A stretch of DNA of 64,000 nucleotides from an uncultured Verrucomicrobiae bacterium. Lineage in GTDB: Bacteria; Verrucomicrobiota; Verrucomicrobiia; Chthoniobacterales; UBA10450. The DNA is taken from the NCBI GenBank assembly GCA_963815455.1, contig CAWFGO010000001.1, forward strand, positions 1,504,001-1,568,000, read 5' to 3'. The translations under genes were made by a program, and so were the position numbers. The first letter of the stretch is position 1, and every line of letters starts with the position of its first letter. The notes beneath the pieces are model-generated. The model was not told where the DNA came from. It ran no database searches and was given only the letters and a program-made list of their open reading frames with translations. This document shows, in pieces, positions 56,532-64,000 of the stretch.

Positions 56532-56594
56532 GTTTGTTTGTTCCTTTCTTTGGCCATAGCAAACAGCATCGATTGCAAGCTCGCCCGGCGATGC

Positions 56595-56618
56595 TTGCCA
56601 AACGCTGTGTGTTTTTTG
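56595..56618 (-). promoter_or_regulatory. Candidate regulon motif
   Basis: TTGCCAAACGCTGTGTGTTTTTTG on +, 64 nt from the Hsp20 start. Confidence 0.5.
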
Positions 56619-56658
56619 GCGCGCTCATCTTCTCATTCCGAACGGGAGCGGGTTGGTG

Positions 56659-57456
56659 TTAATCGGCCGGCGAGAGCATGTGATACTTGCTGCGCTCCAG
56701 GATCGGACCCTCCGTGCTGCCGCTCAGGAACTGGGCCACAACTGGATTCGTGGATTGCTTCATCTGTTGAGGACTCCCTTCTTCGACAATTTCACCGCGG
56801 TGCAACATGGCCATTCGGGTGGCGATATGGAAGGCGCTGTCCATCAAATGCGTGACGATGATCGAGGTGGTTCTTGTCTTGGCGCTAAGATCGATAATCA
56901 ACTTGTCGATCAACGCGCCGATGACAGGATCGAGCCCGGCAGTCGGTTCATCGAAAAGAATCAATTTCGGTTCCATGACCAGCGCCCGGGCCAGCGCGAC
57001 TCGCTTGCGCATACCACCGCTCAATTCGAAGGGCATGAGTTTGTCTTCGCCCGCCAGTTCCACCATATCGAGTTTCTCATCGACGATCTTGTCGATCTCG
57101 CCTGGTGTCTTGTCCGTGAGCTCCTGCAGAGGCAAGGCGAGATTCTCGCGCACGGTAAGCGAGCTGAGCAGCGCCGAATCCTGATAGACCATCCCAATTT
57201 GCCGGCGGACTTCCTCCAATTCGCGATCGCTCATTCGGGAGACTTCGTATTGCTGGAAGAAAACCGAGCCCTGGTCGGGCCGAATAATTCCGAGAACCAG
57301 ACGCAGCAACGTGGTTTTGCCGGCCCCGCTCTGGCCAATAATGACCAGGCGCTCCAGCGAATCGACCGCGAGCGAAACGCCGTCGAGCACAGTCTTATCG
57401 CCGAAACCAAGATGAACGCCGCGAAGCTCGACAATCGGTTTTCCGGTACTCATCAT
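56659..57456 (-). CDS. ABC transporter ATP-binding protein, MlaF/Mkl family
   Basis: GQSGAGKT, LSGGMRKRVALARAL, FDEPTAGLDP, IVTH, QFLSGSTEGP. Confidence 0.9.
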   Translation of the reverse strand: MMSTGKPIVELRGVHLGFGDKTVLDGVSLAVDSLERLVIIGQSGAGKTTLLRLVLGIIRPDQGSVFFQQYEVSRMSDRELEEVRRQIGMVYQDSALLSSLTVRENLALPLQELTDKTPGEIDKIVDEKLDMVELAGEDKLMPFELSGGMRKRVALARALVMEPKLILFDEPTAGLDPVIGALIDKLIIDLSAKTRTTSIIVTHLMDSAFHIATRMAMLHRGEIVEEGSPQQMKQSTNPVVAQFLSGSTEGPILERSKYHMLSPAD

Positions 57457-57465
57457 CGTTTCATG

Positions 57466-58581
57466 TCACCGGGCCAGGTGGCTCTCGCGAAACTTGTTCG
57501 TCTTGCGCCATTCGGGGAACGGATGCGGCTCGAAGATCCGATCCTTGCGAGCCGGGCCTCGGGAGCGGCGAGATTTCATCGCCTTCCCATTGAGCCCGGG
57601 AGTTTCGGTTTTGCGTCCGCGTTCACGGATCAGATTCCCCGCTCGCACTTTCTTATACGAAGGCACTACCAGAACAGGACACGGCGCGTGCCGCACGACA
57701 TGCTCGGCCGTGCTGCCGATCAGGATATGCTGGAATCCGGTCCGGCCGTGCGTCGCGGTGATGATAAGATCGACCTTCCGGTCCTTGGCCAATCCACAAA
57801 TTTCCCGCGCGGGCAAACCGGTCTTGACCACAGTTTCAAATTTCACCCGGCCGAATTTCGCGGCCCGCACAAACTCCCGCATTTGTCGCTCGGCATCCTT
57901 CTGCACAGCCTTGATCATTTCGGTCATATCGTAGATAGCGTAACCATCCGCAGTGTAGGCCGGGCCCAGATAGGCGACGTGAAGCAGAACGATTCGGGCG
58001 GCAAATTTCTCAGCGAATGCGATCGCATAATTGAGACCTTCCAGCGAACAGCGGGAAAAGTCGACCGGCACGAGGATGGTATTAACGGCGGATGTTTTTG
58101 AAGATGTCGATCGGCCGCGGGCTTGTCGCGTTACAAAGACTGGACAGGGCGCATGTTGAACGATGCGTTCGGCGGTGCTGCCCAGGACGACATGCTTTAG
58201 ACCGGTGCGTCCGTGTGTAGGCATAACGATGAGATCGGCCGGAATTTCCCGGGCAAACCGGCAGACTTCATCGAACACCGGAGCGCCGCCCGCCTCTCGC
58301 ACATGACAGCCGCTGGGCGAAATCCCGTGTTTGCTGGCCAGAGCGCAGAGCTGACGCACAAGATTTTCCTTGTTCGCCTGTTCGAAGGCGATCGTTGAGA
58401 ACGGCATGAATGGCGGCATCGGCGCCATAAATCCAGCCGGATAAACAAAGTCGTAAACGTGGACGAGATGCACGGTGGCATCGGAGCGCCGGGCCAGTCG
58501 ATTCGCTGTTTCAATCGCCTGGATCGACATTTTGGAAAAATCGATCGGCACCAGAATGTTTCGGATGTGTGTGGTTTTCAT
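57466..58581 (-). CDS. Universal stress protein, two USP domains
   Basis: ILVPIDFS/ILVPVDFS and THGRTG...GSTAE, each twice; basic C-terminal tail. Confidence 0.95.
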   Translation of the reverse strand: MKTTHIRNILVPIDFSKMSIQAIETANRLARRSDATVHLVHVYDFVYPAGFMAPMPPFMPFSTIAFEQANKENLVRQLCALASKHGISPSGCHVREAGGAPVFDEVCRFAREIPADLIVMPTHGRTGLKHVVLGSTAERIVQHAPCPVFVTRQARGRSTSSKTSAVNTILVPVDFSRCSLEGLNYAIAFAEKFAARIVLLHVAYLGPAYTADGYAIYDMTEMIKAVQKDAERQMREFVRAAKFGRVKFETVVKTGLPAREICGLAKDRKVDLIITATHGRTGFQHILIGSTAEHVVRHAPCPVLVVPSYKKVRAGNLIRERGRKTETPGLNGKAMKSRRSRGPARKDRIFEPHPFPEWRKTNKFRESHLAR

Positions 58582-58623
58582 GTCTCAAACATGAACCGCC
58601 GCCGGCAGTTGGCTTATCATCGC

Positions 58624-58647
58624 TTGTCGAAAACGACGCGTTTCTTG
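58624..58647 (-). promoter_or_regulatory. Candidate regulon motif
   Basis: TTGTCGAAAACGACGCGTTTCTTG on +, 43 nt from the USP start. Confidence 0.55.
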
Positions 58648-58751
58648 CGCGTCAAATCGGAACTTTGCGGGTTGCTACTGTTGCGCAATTTATGCATCAA
58701 AATAGCAAACGCGGATAAGCACCTTTCATCTGCCCGATCAGGATAGAGAGT

Positions 58752-59210
58752 ATGAAACCTCACATTCTCCTGGTGGCGGAAGAGGGCGGTCCCTCAACTA
58801 GCGTGATCGCAGATGCGGCGCGTCGAACTGGTCACGGCTTGCGACATGCCCGGAATAGTCGGGAAGCTTTTGAAATTCTTAGGCGCGGCGTGCACGATAT
58901 CGGGCTTGTCATTATCGATGTTGATCCCGGCATTCATGGTCTCTCTGTTTTGGAAGCGATGGGTTTCTGCCGAAACGCTCCGCCTGTGATTGTCGTGACT
59001 GGATTCGAGGAGCTGGACATGGAACCGACGGCCTATCGCCATGGAGCGACCGCTTGCATAGGGAAACCGTTCACTGCTGCGCAGCTCGCCTTATTAATTA
59101 GCGAGGTCTGTCCGGCAACTTCAGAAGTGCCACCGCCAACATGCGATCTATGGGGACATCCCTGCGAAATACACATGCGCAAACGACCGCTACGGGTCGG
59201 CGCGGCATAA
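58752..59210 (+). CDS. Stand-alone response regulator receiver domain protein
   Basis: LVIIDVD (phospho-Asp), VVTG, GA...IGKPF; no DNA-binding domain. Confidence 0.8.
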   Translation: MKPHILLVAEEGGPSTSVIADAARRTGHGLRHARNSREAFEILRRGVHDIGLVIIDVDPGIHGLSVLEAMGFCRNAPPVIVVTGFEELDMEPTAYRHGATACIGKPFTAAQLALLISEVCPATSEVPPPTCDLWGHPCEIHMRKRPLRVGAA

Positions 59211-59316
59211 TTGAGAAATCTGATCCTGCCCCCAAAATTCCAGTGAACAATTTTTGCAAAGCAAAGACCAAAGGAGGGCTAGCCAGACGTTTAGGGGACA
59301 GGCTACCCTGCAGCAG

Positions 59317-60471
59317 ATGAGCGACCGCGATCACGTTTTTACCCTCGGTATCGAGGAAGAATTTCAGATCATCGATCCGGAGACGCGGGCATTACGTTCG
59401 CACATCCAGGAGATCCTGGCCGGCGGCAAAATGCTTTTGAAGGAGCACGTCAAGCCGGAGATGCATCAGTCAGTCGTGGAGTTGGGCACCGAAATTTGCC
59501 AGGATGTGGCAGCCGCGCGCGAGCAGGTGGTGGAACTTCGCAGCGAATTGGCCGAGATCGCAGGCCTGGAGGGGTTGAAGATCGCATCCGCTGGGACGCA
59601 TCCGTTTTCGCATTGGATGGACCAGTTGATTACCGATCACGAACGCTACCGGGAGATTCTCAAGGACATGCAGCAGATCGCGCGGGTAAACCTAATCTTT
59701 GGGTTGCATGTGCACGTGGGAATCCCGGACCGCGAAGAGGGCATCGACATCATGAATCAGGCGCGCTATTTTTTGCCCCACATCTACGCGCTTTCGGTCA
59801 ACTCGCCTTTCTGGCTTGGCCAGGACACGGGGTTAAAAGCGTATCGGCAGATGATCTTCGAGCGTTTCCCGCGCACCGGCATTCCGGATGCGTTCGAAAG
59901 TCTGTCCGAGTACGATGATTATCTGAAGCTGCTGGTCTCGACCGGCTGCATCGATAATGCGAAGAAGATTTGGTGGGACATTCGTTTGCACCCGTTCTTT
60001 AACACGATCGAGTTTCGCATCTGCGATGCGCAGTCGCGGGTGGAAGACACCATCGCGCTGGCGGCAGTGATGCAGGCCATCGTCGTCAAGTTGCACAAGC
60101 TGCGGCGGCAAAACGTGACCTTCCGCAATTACCCGCGAAGATTGATCGATGAGAACCGGTGGCGGGCGGGGCGCTATGGACTCGATGGCAAACTGATCGA
60201 TTTCGGACGGAAATGCGAGATGGATGAGCGCGAATTGATTCACGAGATGCTCGAGTTTCTCGCTCCGGAAGTGGATGAGCTTGGGAGTCACGCCGAAATG
60301 GCGCACATCGAGCGGATCCTGAGCGATGGCACCGGGGCGGATCGACAACTGGCCGTGTGGAAACGCACGGGCGACCTCAAAGCCGTGGTTGATCACATTA
60401 TCGATGAGACCTACGAAGGCCTAACGATCAGCGCCGGTGATCGATTGAATCGCGGTGCTGCCGCGGCCTGA
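59317..60471 (+). CDS. ybdK: Carboxylate-amine ligase, YbdK / glutamate-cysteine ligase family 2
   Basis: FTLGIEEEFQI, AGTHPF, GLHVHVG, NSPFW, WWDIR.HP, EFRICD, ENRWRA.RYG. Confidence 0.92.
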   Translation: MSDRDHVFTLGIEEEFQIIDPETRALRSHIQEILAGGKMLLKEHVKPEMHQSVVELGTEICQDVAAAREQVVELRSELAEIAGLEGLKIASAGTHPFSHWMDQLITDHERYREILKDMQQIARVNLIFGLHVHVGIPDREEGIDIMNQARYFLPHIYALSVNSPFWLGQDTGLKAYRQMIFERFPRTGIPDAFESLSEYDDYLKLLVSTGCIDNAKKIWWDIRLHPFFNTIEFRICDAQSRVEDTIALAAVMQAIVVKLHKLRRQNVTFRNYPRRLIDENRWRAGRYGLDGKLIDFGRKCEMDERELIHEMLEFLAPEVDELGSHAEMAHIERILSDGTGADRQLAVWKRTGDLKAVVDHIIDETYEGLTISAGDRLNRGAAAA

Positions 60472-61155
60472 CCGTCGCTGCGACCCAAGCTGGAGCAGGT
60501 AATAACAGAGCGCGACGCACAGGATCGACCCGGCGAAGAGCAAAAGCGCATAGAGCATGTCGGAATGTTGACCAATCCAATCGCTCTCACCCATTGCGAT
60601 TTTTAAAGCAAGATCGACATCGCGACCGGAGTAACCGGTTCCATAGATCCATTTTGCGATCCGCAGTTTGGAATCGAGAAAGACGAGGAGATTGGCGTGC
60701 GCGAACTCCGTTCCGGCCTTGCCATATTGAAATCCGATCGACTCCAGGAACGCATCGATGTCCGACTGCGAAGCAGTGCCAACCAACCAGCTCAATGGAA
60801 TATTCTCGCGTTTGCGATAGGCAGTCAGGACTGACGGAGTGTCGCCGCTGTCGAACGAGAAAAGGAGAACACGAAACTGTGTCGGGTCAGCCGCAGAATC
60901 GGCCATCGCTTTTTTCAGCTGATCGACATTCGCCACGCACGCAGTCTGGCAGCGAGTGTAAATTGGCAGCAGGATTACCGGAAAGCCGCCGAATTCTGTT
61001 AATCGGCGAACCCGGCCGGTTTCATCGGTCCAGCTGATCGGGGCCACCGCGTGTCCCCGCTGCGGAGCGACATCTTCGACGATGCCTCCGAAAAGATCGG
61101 CCGCGAAAATGGCCAAAACAAAAAATGGAAGTCCCCGCTTCACCGGCATCATCAC
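60421..61155 (-). CDS. SCO family copper chaperone
   Basis: YTRCQTAC (CxxxC), SFD..DT, FAH; last gene of the oxidase operon. Confidence 0.9.
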   Translation of the reverse strand: MMMPVKRGLPFFVLAIFAADLFGGIVEDVAPQRGHAVAPISWTDETGRVRRLTEFGGFPVILLPIYTRCQTACVANVDQLKKAMADSAADPTQFRVLLFSFDSGDTPSVLTAYRKRENIPLSWLVGTASQSDIDAFLESIGFQYGKAGTEFAHANLLVFLDSKLRIAKWIYGTGYSGRDVDLALKIAMGESDWIGQHSDMLYALLLFAGSILCVALCYYLLQLGSQRRSGRGSTAIQSITGADR

Positions 61156-62858
61156 GGCTTTGGCGCGGCGCCGATCGGCCGGGGGTTATCCGGTGAATAC
61201 GCCGGTGCGCCTGGGAAATTACTGCGAATTGTCTGCGTGATCGGAGGCGCATAAGCAATCACGAGCAGGAGCGCGGTGCCGACCAGCCACGGGGTGAAGG
61301 TTTGCACGGCGGGAACATGCTCGTCGTGATACGGCTCGGAAACGATCAGCTCGAGCGCGCCCTGTTTGGTTCGTTTGGAAAAAAGCGTCGTGAAGAAAAC
61401 GACAAAGAAAATAAGCGCGGCAATCGCCATGATGATTCCGCCGATGCTGCCGAGGATTCTCGCAGACTGCCAATCCGCGTGGTAGAGATGCGATTCCGGG
61501 TTGGTATAACTCATCCCCATGTTGGTGCGCCGCGGCTCGCCCCCGGCGCCTCCAATAAATAGACCGGTGGAAAAAATCATGATGCCGAGCGTCCAGATGT
61601 AGGGGATCCAAACGTTCCAACTTGGAAATTTGATTTCTTTGCCGGTGAGTTTTGCGACCAGGAACAAACTCATGCCGATGTAGGAAAGAAAGACTGGGCC
61701 GGCGACAGTTTGATGAAAATGGGCCGGTAACCAGGAGGTGTTGTGAACAACGACGTCGAGATTATAGGAGGCGTTGATGATTCCGGTTACGCCGCCAAAG
61801 ATGAAGATCACCAGCCCGGCGAAAAGATAGGAAAAAAGCCAGCGATCCTTGTCGATGTAAGGAAGTTTGGTCCACCATCCCATCAGGCCACGACCGCCGC
61901 GCGCGCGCGCACCATGCTCCATCGATGCCGCGATCGTGAAAGCGGTTGCGAAACTCGGAACGGCCACCAGCATGGTGAAAAAGGCGTGGACGAATTTCCA
62001 GGTGCTGCTGATTCCAGGCTCGGTGAACTGATGATGAATCCCGACGGGAGCGGAATAAAGGACCAGCCAGAGAAAGGTGAGTCGGCCGGCGAAATCGGAA
62101 TAGAGTTTCCCGCCGGATAATTTGGGCAACATGGTGTAGTACATTACGTAGGCCGGGATGAGCCAGAAATAGACGAGCGGATGACCAAAGAACCAGAAGA
62201 GCATCCGGGAGAGCGGGACATTTACGGTGGCGACCCAACCCATCGACCACGGAATAAGCATGAAAATGATTTCAATCGCTACCGGGATCGTAGCAATCAG
62301 CCACACGATAAACGTCGCGAAAATGCCGACAACGGCGAGCGGCACTTTCTGTTCGGGATGCTCGCGTTTCCAGGCAAAGTACGGAGGCAACCAATTGAAA
62401 AATGCAATCCACGAGCCGACGACAACGAGGGTAAGGCCGACATAAAACGCCGGATGCGCGCGCAGCGGTGGATAAAATGTGTAGAGAACAGTCGCTTGTC
62501 CCGAGAGGATCGCCGCCGCGGCCAGGACCGTTCCGGTAATCATCAGGGCAAACGAAAGCCAGGCCACTTTCATGTTGAGCGGCCGATTGAGGTGGTAGCG
62601 GACGACGGCGTAACCAAAGGCGACCGCGAAGAATGTCGTGAACACGATGGCGTTTACGACGCCGTGCAGGGTCAAGCCCTGATAATATTCAAGCCCGAGG
62701 AATTGGGACCGATGAATGATCCCGGAGCGATAAAGCACCTGCATTAAGCCGTGATAGATTCCCAGGATCAAAAGAACCATCGGGAAGATGATCTCGATCA
62801 GGATCAATCGTCTCAGACCCGGTTCGACGTCAATCTTGCGTTCGCTCGGCGGTTGCAT
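61152..62858 (-). CDS. cbaA: Cytochrome c oxidase subunit I, ba3 type (B family)
   Basis: YYQGLTLHG, YTFYPPL, FWFFGHPLVYFW, GIHHQF, VHNTSWLPAHFH, PRRT. Confidence 0.93.
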   Translation of the reverse strand: MQPPSERKIDVEPGLRRLILIEIIFPMVLLILGIYHGLMQVLYRSGIIHRSQFLGLEYYQGLTLHGVVNAIVFTTFFAVAFGYAVVRYHLNRPLNMKVAWLSFALMITGTVLAAAAILSGQATVLYTFYPPLRAHPAFYVGLTLVVVGSWIAFFNWLPPYFAWKREHPEQKVPLAVVGIFATFIVWLIATIPVAIEIIFMLIPWSMGWVATVNVPLSRMLFWFFGHPLVYFWLIPAYVMYYTMLPKLSGGKLYSDFAGRLTFLWLVLYSAPVGIHHQFTEPGISSTWKFVHAFFTMLVAVPSFATAFTIAASMEHGARARGGRGLMGWWTKLPYIDKDRWLFSYLFAGLVIFIFGGVTGIINASYNLDVVVHNTSWLPAHFHQTVAGPVFLSYIGMSLFLVAKLTGKEIKFPSWNVWIPYIWTLGIMIFSTGLFIGGAGGEPRRTNMGMSYTNPESHLYHADWQSARILGSIGGIIMAIAALIFFVVFFTTLFSKRTKQGALELIVSEPYHDEHVPAVQTFTPWLVGTALLLVIAYAPPITQTIRSNFPGAPAYSPDNPRPIGAAPKP

Positions 62859-62866
62859 CGGGCTTC

Positions 62867-63643
62867 TTATTTCAACGTTTGCAGGTATTCGACGATTTCC
62901 TCGATCTCCTCGTCGGTAAGCGGTGTGGCCGGCATCACCGGGTCAAATCCGGCCACAGTCTTCGCGTCCGGATTCAGGATTTTCTCGCGAATAAAAGCGT
63001 CAGTGACAACCGCAATCGACCCGTCCGCCAGTTTCTCCTTTCGTCCGTGCATTCCCTTGAAAGTCGGCCCGATTCCTTCCTGGCCGTCAATGGAGTGGCA
63101 GGTCAGGCAGTCCTTGGTTTCCAGGAGATGGTATGCCGGCCCGGTTGGCTCGGGTGCGGGTGGCGTAACCGGTTTGGCGCGGAACGTCTCCCTGTCCACC
63201 ACCCGCAAGTCAGCCGCCATGCGATCATGGCCGGTCCCGCAAAATTCGTGGCAAAGCAGATGATAAACGCGCGGTTGATCGAACTTCACCCGGGCGTAGT
63301 TCACGACGCCGGGGACAGCCATGAGATTCAGGTTGGTGCCCAGCAGAATAAGGCCGTGGGTGACATCCGCGGCGCTCAGATAAACGTCCACTGTCGATCC
63401 GGCCGGCACGGTCACATCTTCGGGCTCGAACTTCCACATCCGGGCGACGTAATGCAGTTCGTAATGCGTTGGAGAATGAGCGATCAGTTCGCCTTTCTGG
63501 AAAGGCTTGATATCGGTCAGGCACGTGGGCAGACCAACATGAAAGAGATTGATCGCCAGGGCGGCGAGGCCGAGGAGGACCAGCGCAAACGTAAGCGAGA
63601 TCCAGATGATGCGTCTTTCCAGTTGGGTGACGCTCATCGACAT
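62867..63643 (-). CDS. cbaB: Cytochrome c oxidase subunit II (CuA), B family, fused to a C-terminal cytochrome c
   Basis: Single TM, DVTHG, CHEFCGTGHDRM, then CLTCH...GPTFKG...MP. Confidence 0.9.
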   Translation of the reverse strand: MSMSVTQLERRIIWISLTFALVLLGLAALAINLFHVGLPTCLTDIKPFQKGELIAHSPTHYELHYVARMWKFEPEDVTVPAGSTVDVYLSAADVTHGLILLGTNLNLMAVPGVVNYARVKFDQPRVYHLLCHEFCGTGHDRMAADLRVVDRETFRAKPVTPPAPEPTGPAYHLLETKDCLTCHSIDGQEGIGPTFKGMHGRKEKLADGSIAVVTDAFIREKILNPDAKTVAGFDPVMPATPLTDEEIEEIVEYLQTLK

Positions 63644-63768
63644 CAGCTTCGGGCAATCATGATCCAATAGATCACGAACCAAATTGCGGCGTAAAACAGG
63701 AGGAGCATTGCGAAGAAGAAAATTGCGCCTTTCGGAAAGAATTTATTTTCTGATTCGTCGCGTTCCAT
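63643..63768 (-). CDS. cbaD: Cytochrome c oxidase subunit IIa-like small protein, 41 aa (absent from the ORF track)
   Basis: MERDESENKFFPKGAIFFFAMLLLFYAAIWFVIYWIMIARS; PKGA...W..Y...AR pattern and position as for Thermus ba3 subunit IIa. Confidence 0.8.
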   Translation of the reverse strand: MERDESENKFFPKGAIFFFAMLLLFYAAIWFVIYWIMIARS

Positions 63769-63776
63769 CGCGTTCC

Positions 63777-64000
63777 TTATTTCTCGAGTTGGCGCAGTTT
63801 CAAGTAGATCGCCAGCATCAAAAGTCCGATCCAGGCAATGCTCACCGCCAGACCGATCTGCCGGTACTTATACTCTCCGCGCGCTTTGTTAACCAGAACG
63901 TCAGTGCGCTGAACCGCTTCTTCTCCGGGCGCGGCGACCTGTTGAAAAGTGTTTCGGCTAAACGAATGCACATACGTTCGCGACTTCTTCAGAGCGTCAC
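63777..64000 (-). CDS. Partial (5'-truncated) membrane-anchored protein, possibly the C-terminus of a multiheme cytochrome c
   Basis: Frame open to the window edge; RTYVHSF...RQIGLAVS...YLKLRQLE with a C-terminal TM; no heme motif visible in the window. Confidence 0.45.
   Translation of the reverse strand, partial: DALKKSRTYVHSFSRNTFQQVAAPGEEAVQRTDVLVNKARGEYKYRQIGLAVSIAWIGLLMLAIYLKLRQLEK

Noticed and set aside
56653..58101. 482-aa plus-strand ORF
   Set aside because: Antisense to the well-supported MlaF-like and USP genes; typical high-GC shadow frame
60421..60471. 51-nt convergent overlap of ybdK and the SCO gene
   Set aside because: It involves only low-complexity C-terminal tails, which is common for convergent genes in GC-rich genomes

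Overview
Bacterial DNA of moderately high GC. Gene content and repeat families suggest a soil Verrucomicrobium (Chthoniobacterales/Spartobacteria-like); this is an inference. The window has three blocks. (1) ~1-23.2 kb is housekeeping and envelope genes: lon+Hsp20, D-aminoacylase, M48 peptidase, MetX-like hydrolase, mdh, malQ, UvrD/PcrA and a TPR-alpha2-macroglobulin-pbpC operon. It carries many short palindromic repeats, including a REP doublet inserted in frame in the helicase and two inverted ~150-bp MITE-like copies around mdh. (2) ~23.2-60.5 kb is a stress/hypoxia cluster that parallels the mycobacterial DosR dormancy regulon: six USP genes plus a remnant, CtpF-like, MgtA and P1B-4 ATPases, ppsA, D-lactate dehydrogenase, a DLH/PRTase/erythromycin-esterase trio, a CBS protein, Hsp20s, a lone receiver and YbdK, plus several pseudogenes. 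A 24-bp motif (CAA-N18-CAA, often CAAGAA...CAA, on the coding strand) sits 43-71 nt upstream of 13 transcription starts in this block and points to an unannotated 29-aa membrane peptide. The block also holds the best novelty candidate: a 486-aa protein with archaeo-eukaryotic primase (AEP) catalytic motifs and a PriL-like Cys cluster, overlapping a TIM-barrel gene with an endonuclease-IV-like ligand set. (3) 60.4-64 kb is a ba3 (B-family) cytochrome c oxidase operon whose subunit II is fused to a cytochrome c. No rRNA, tRNA, CRISPR array, transposase or integrase was recognised. All family calls come from reading motifs by eye, not from database searches.
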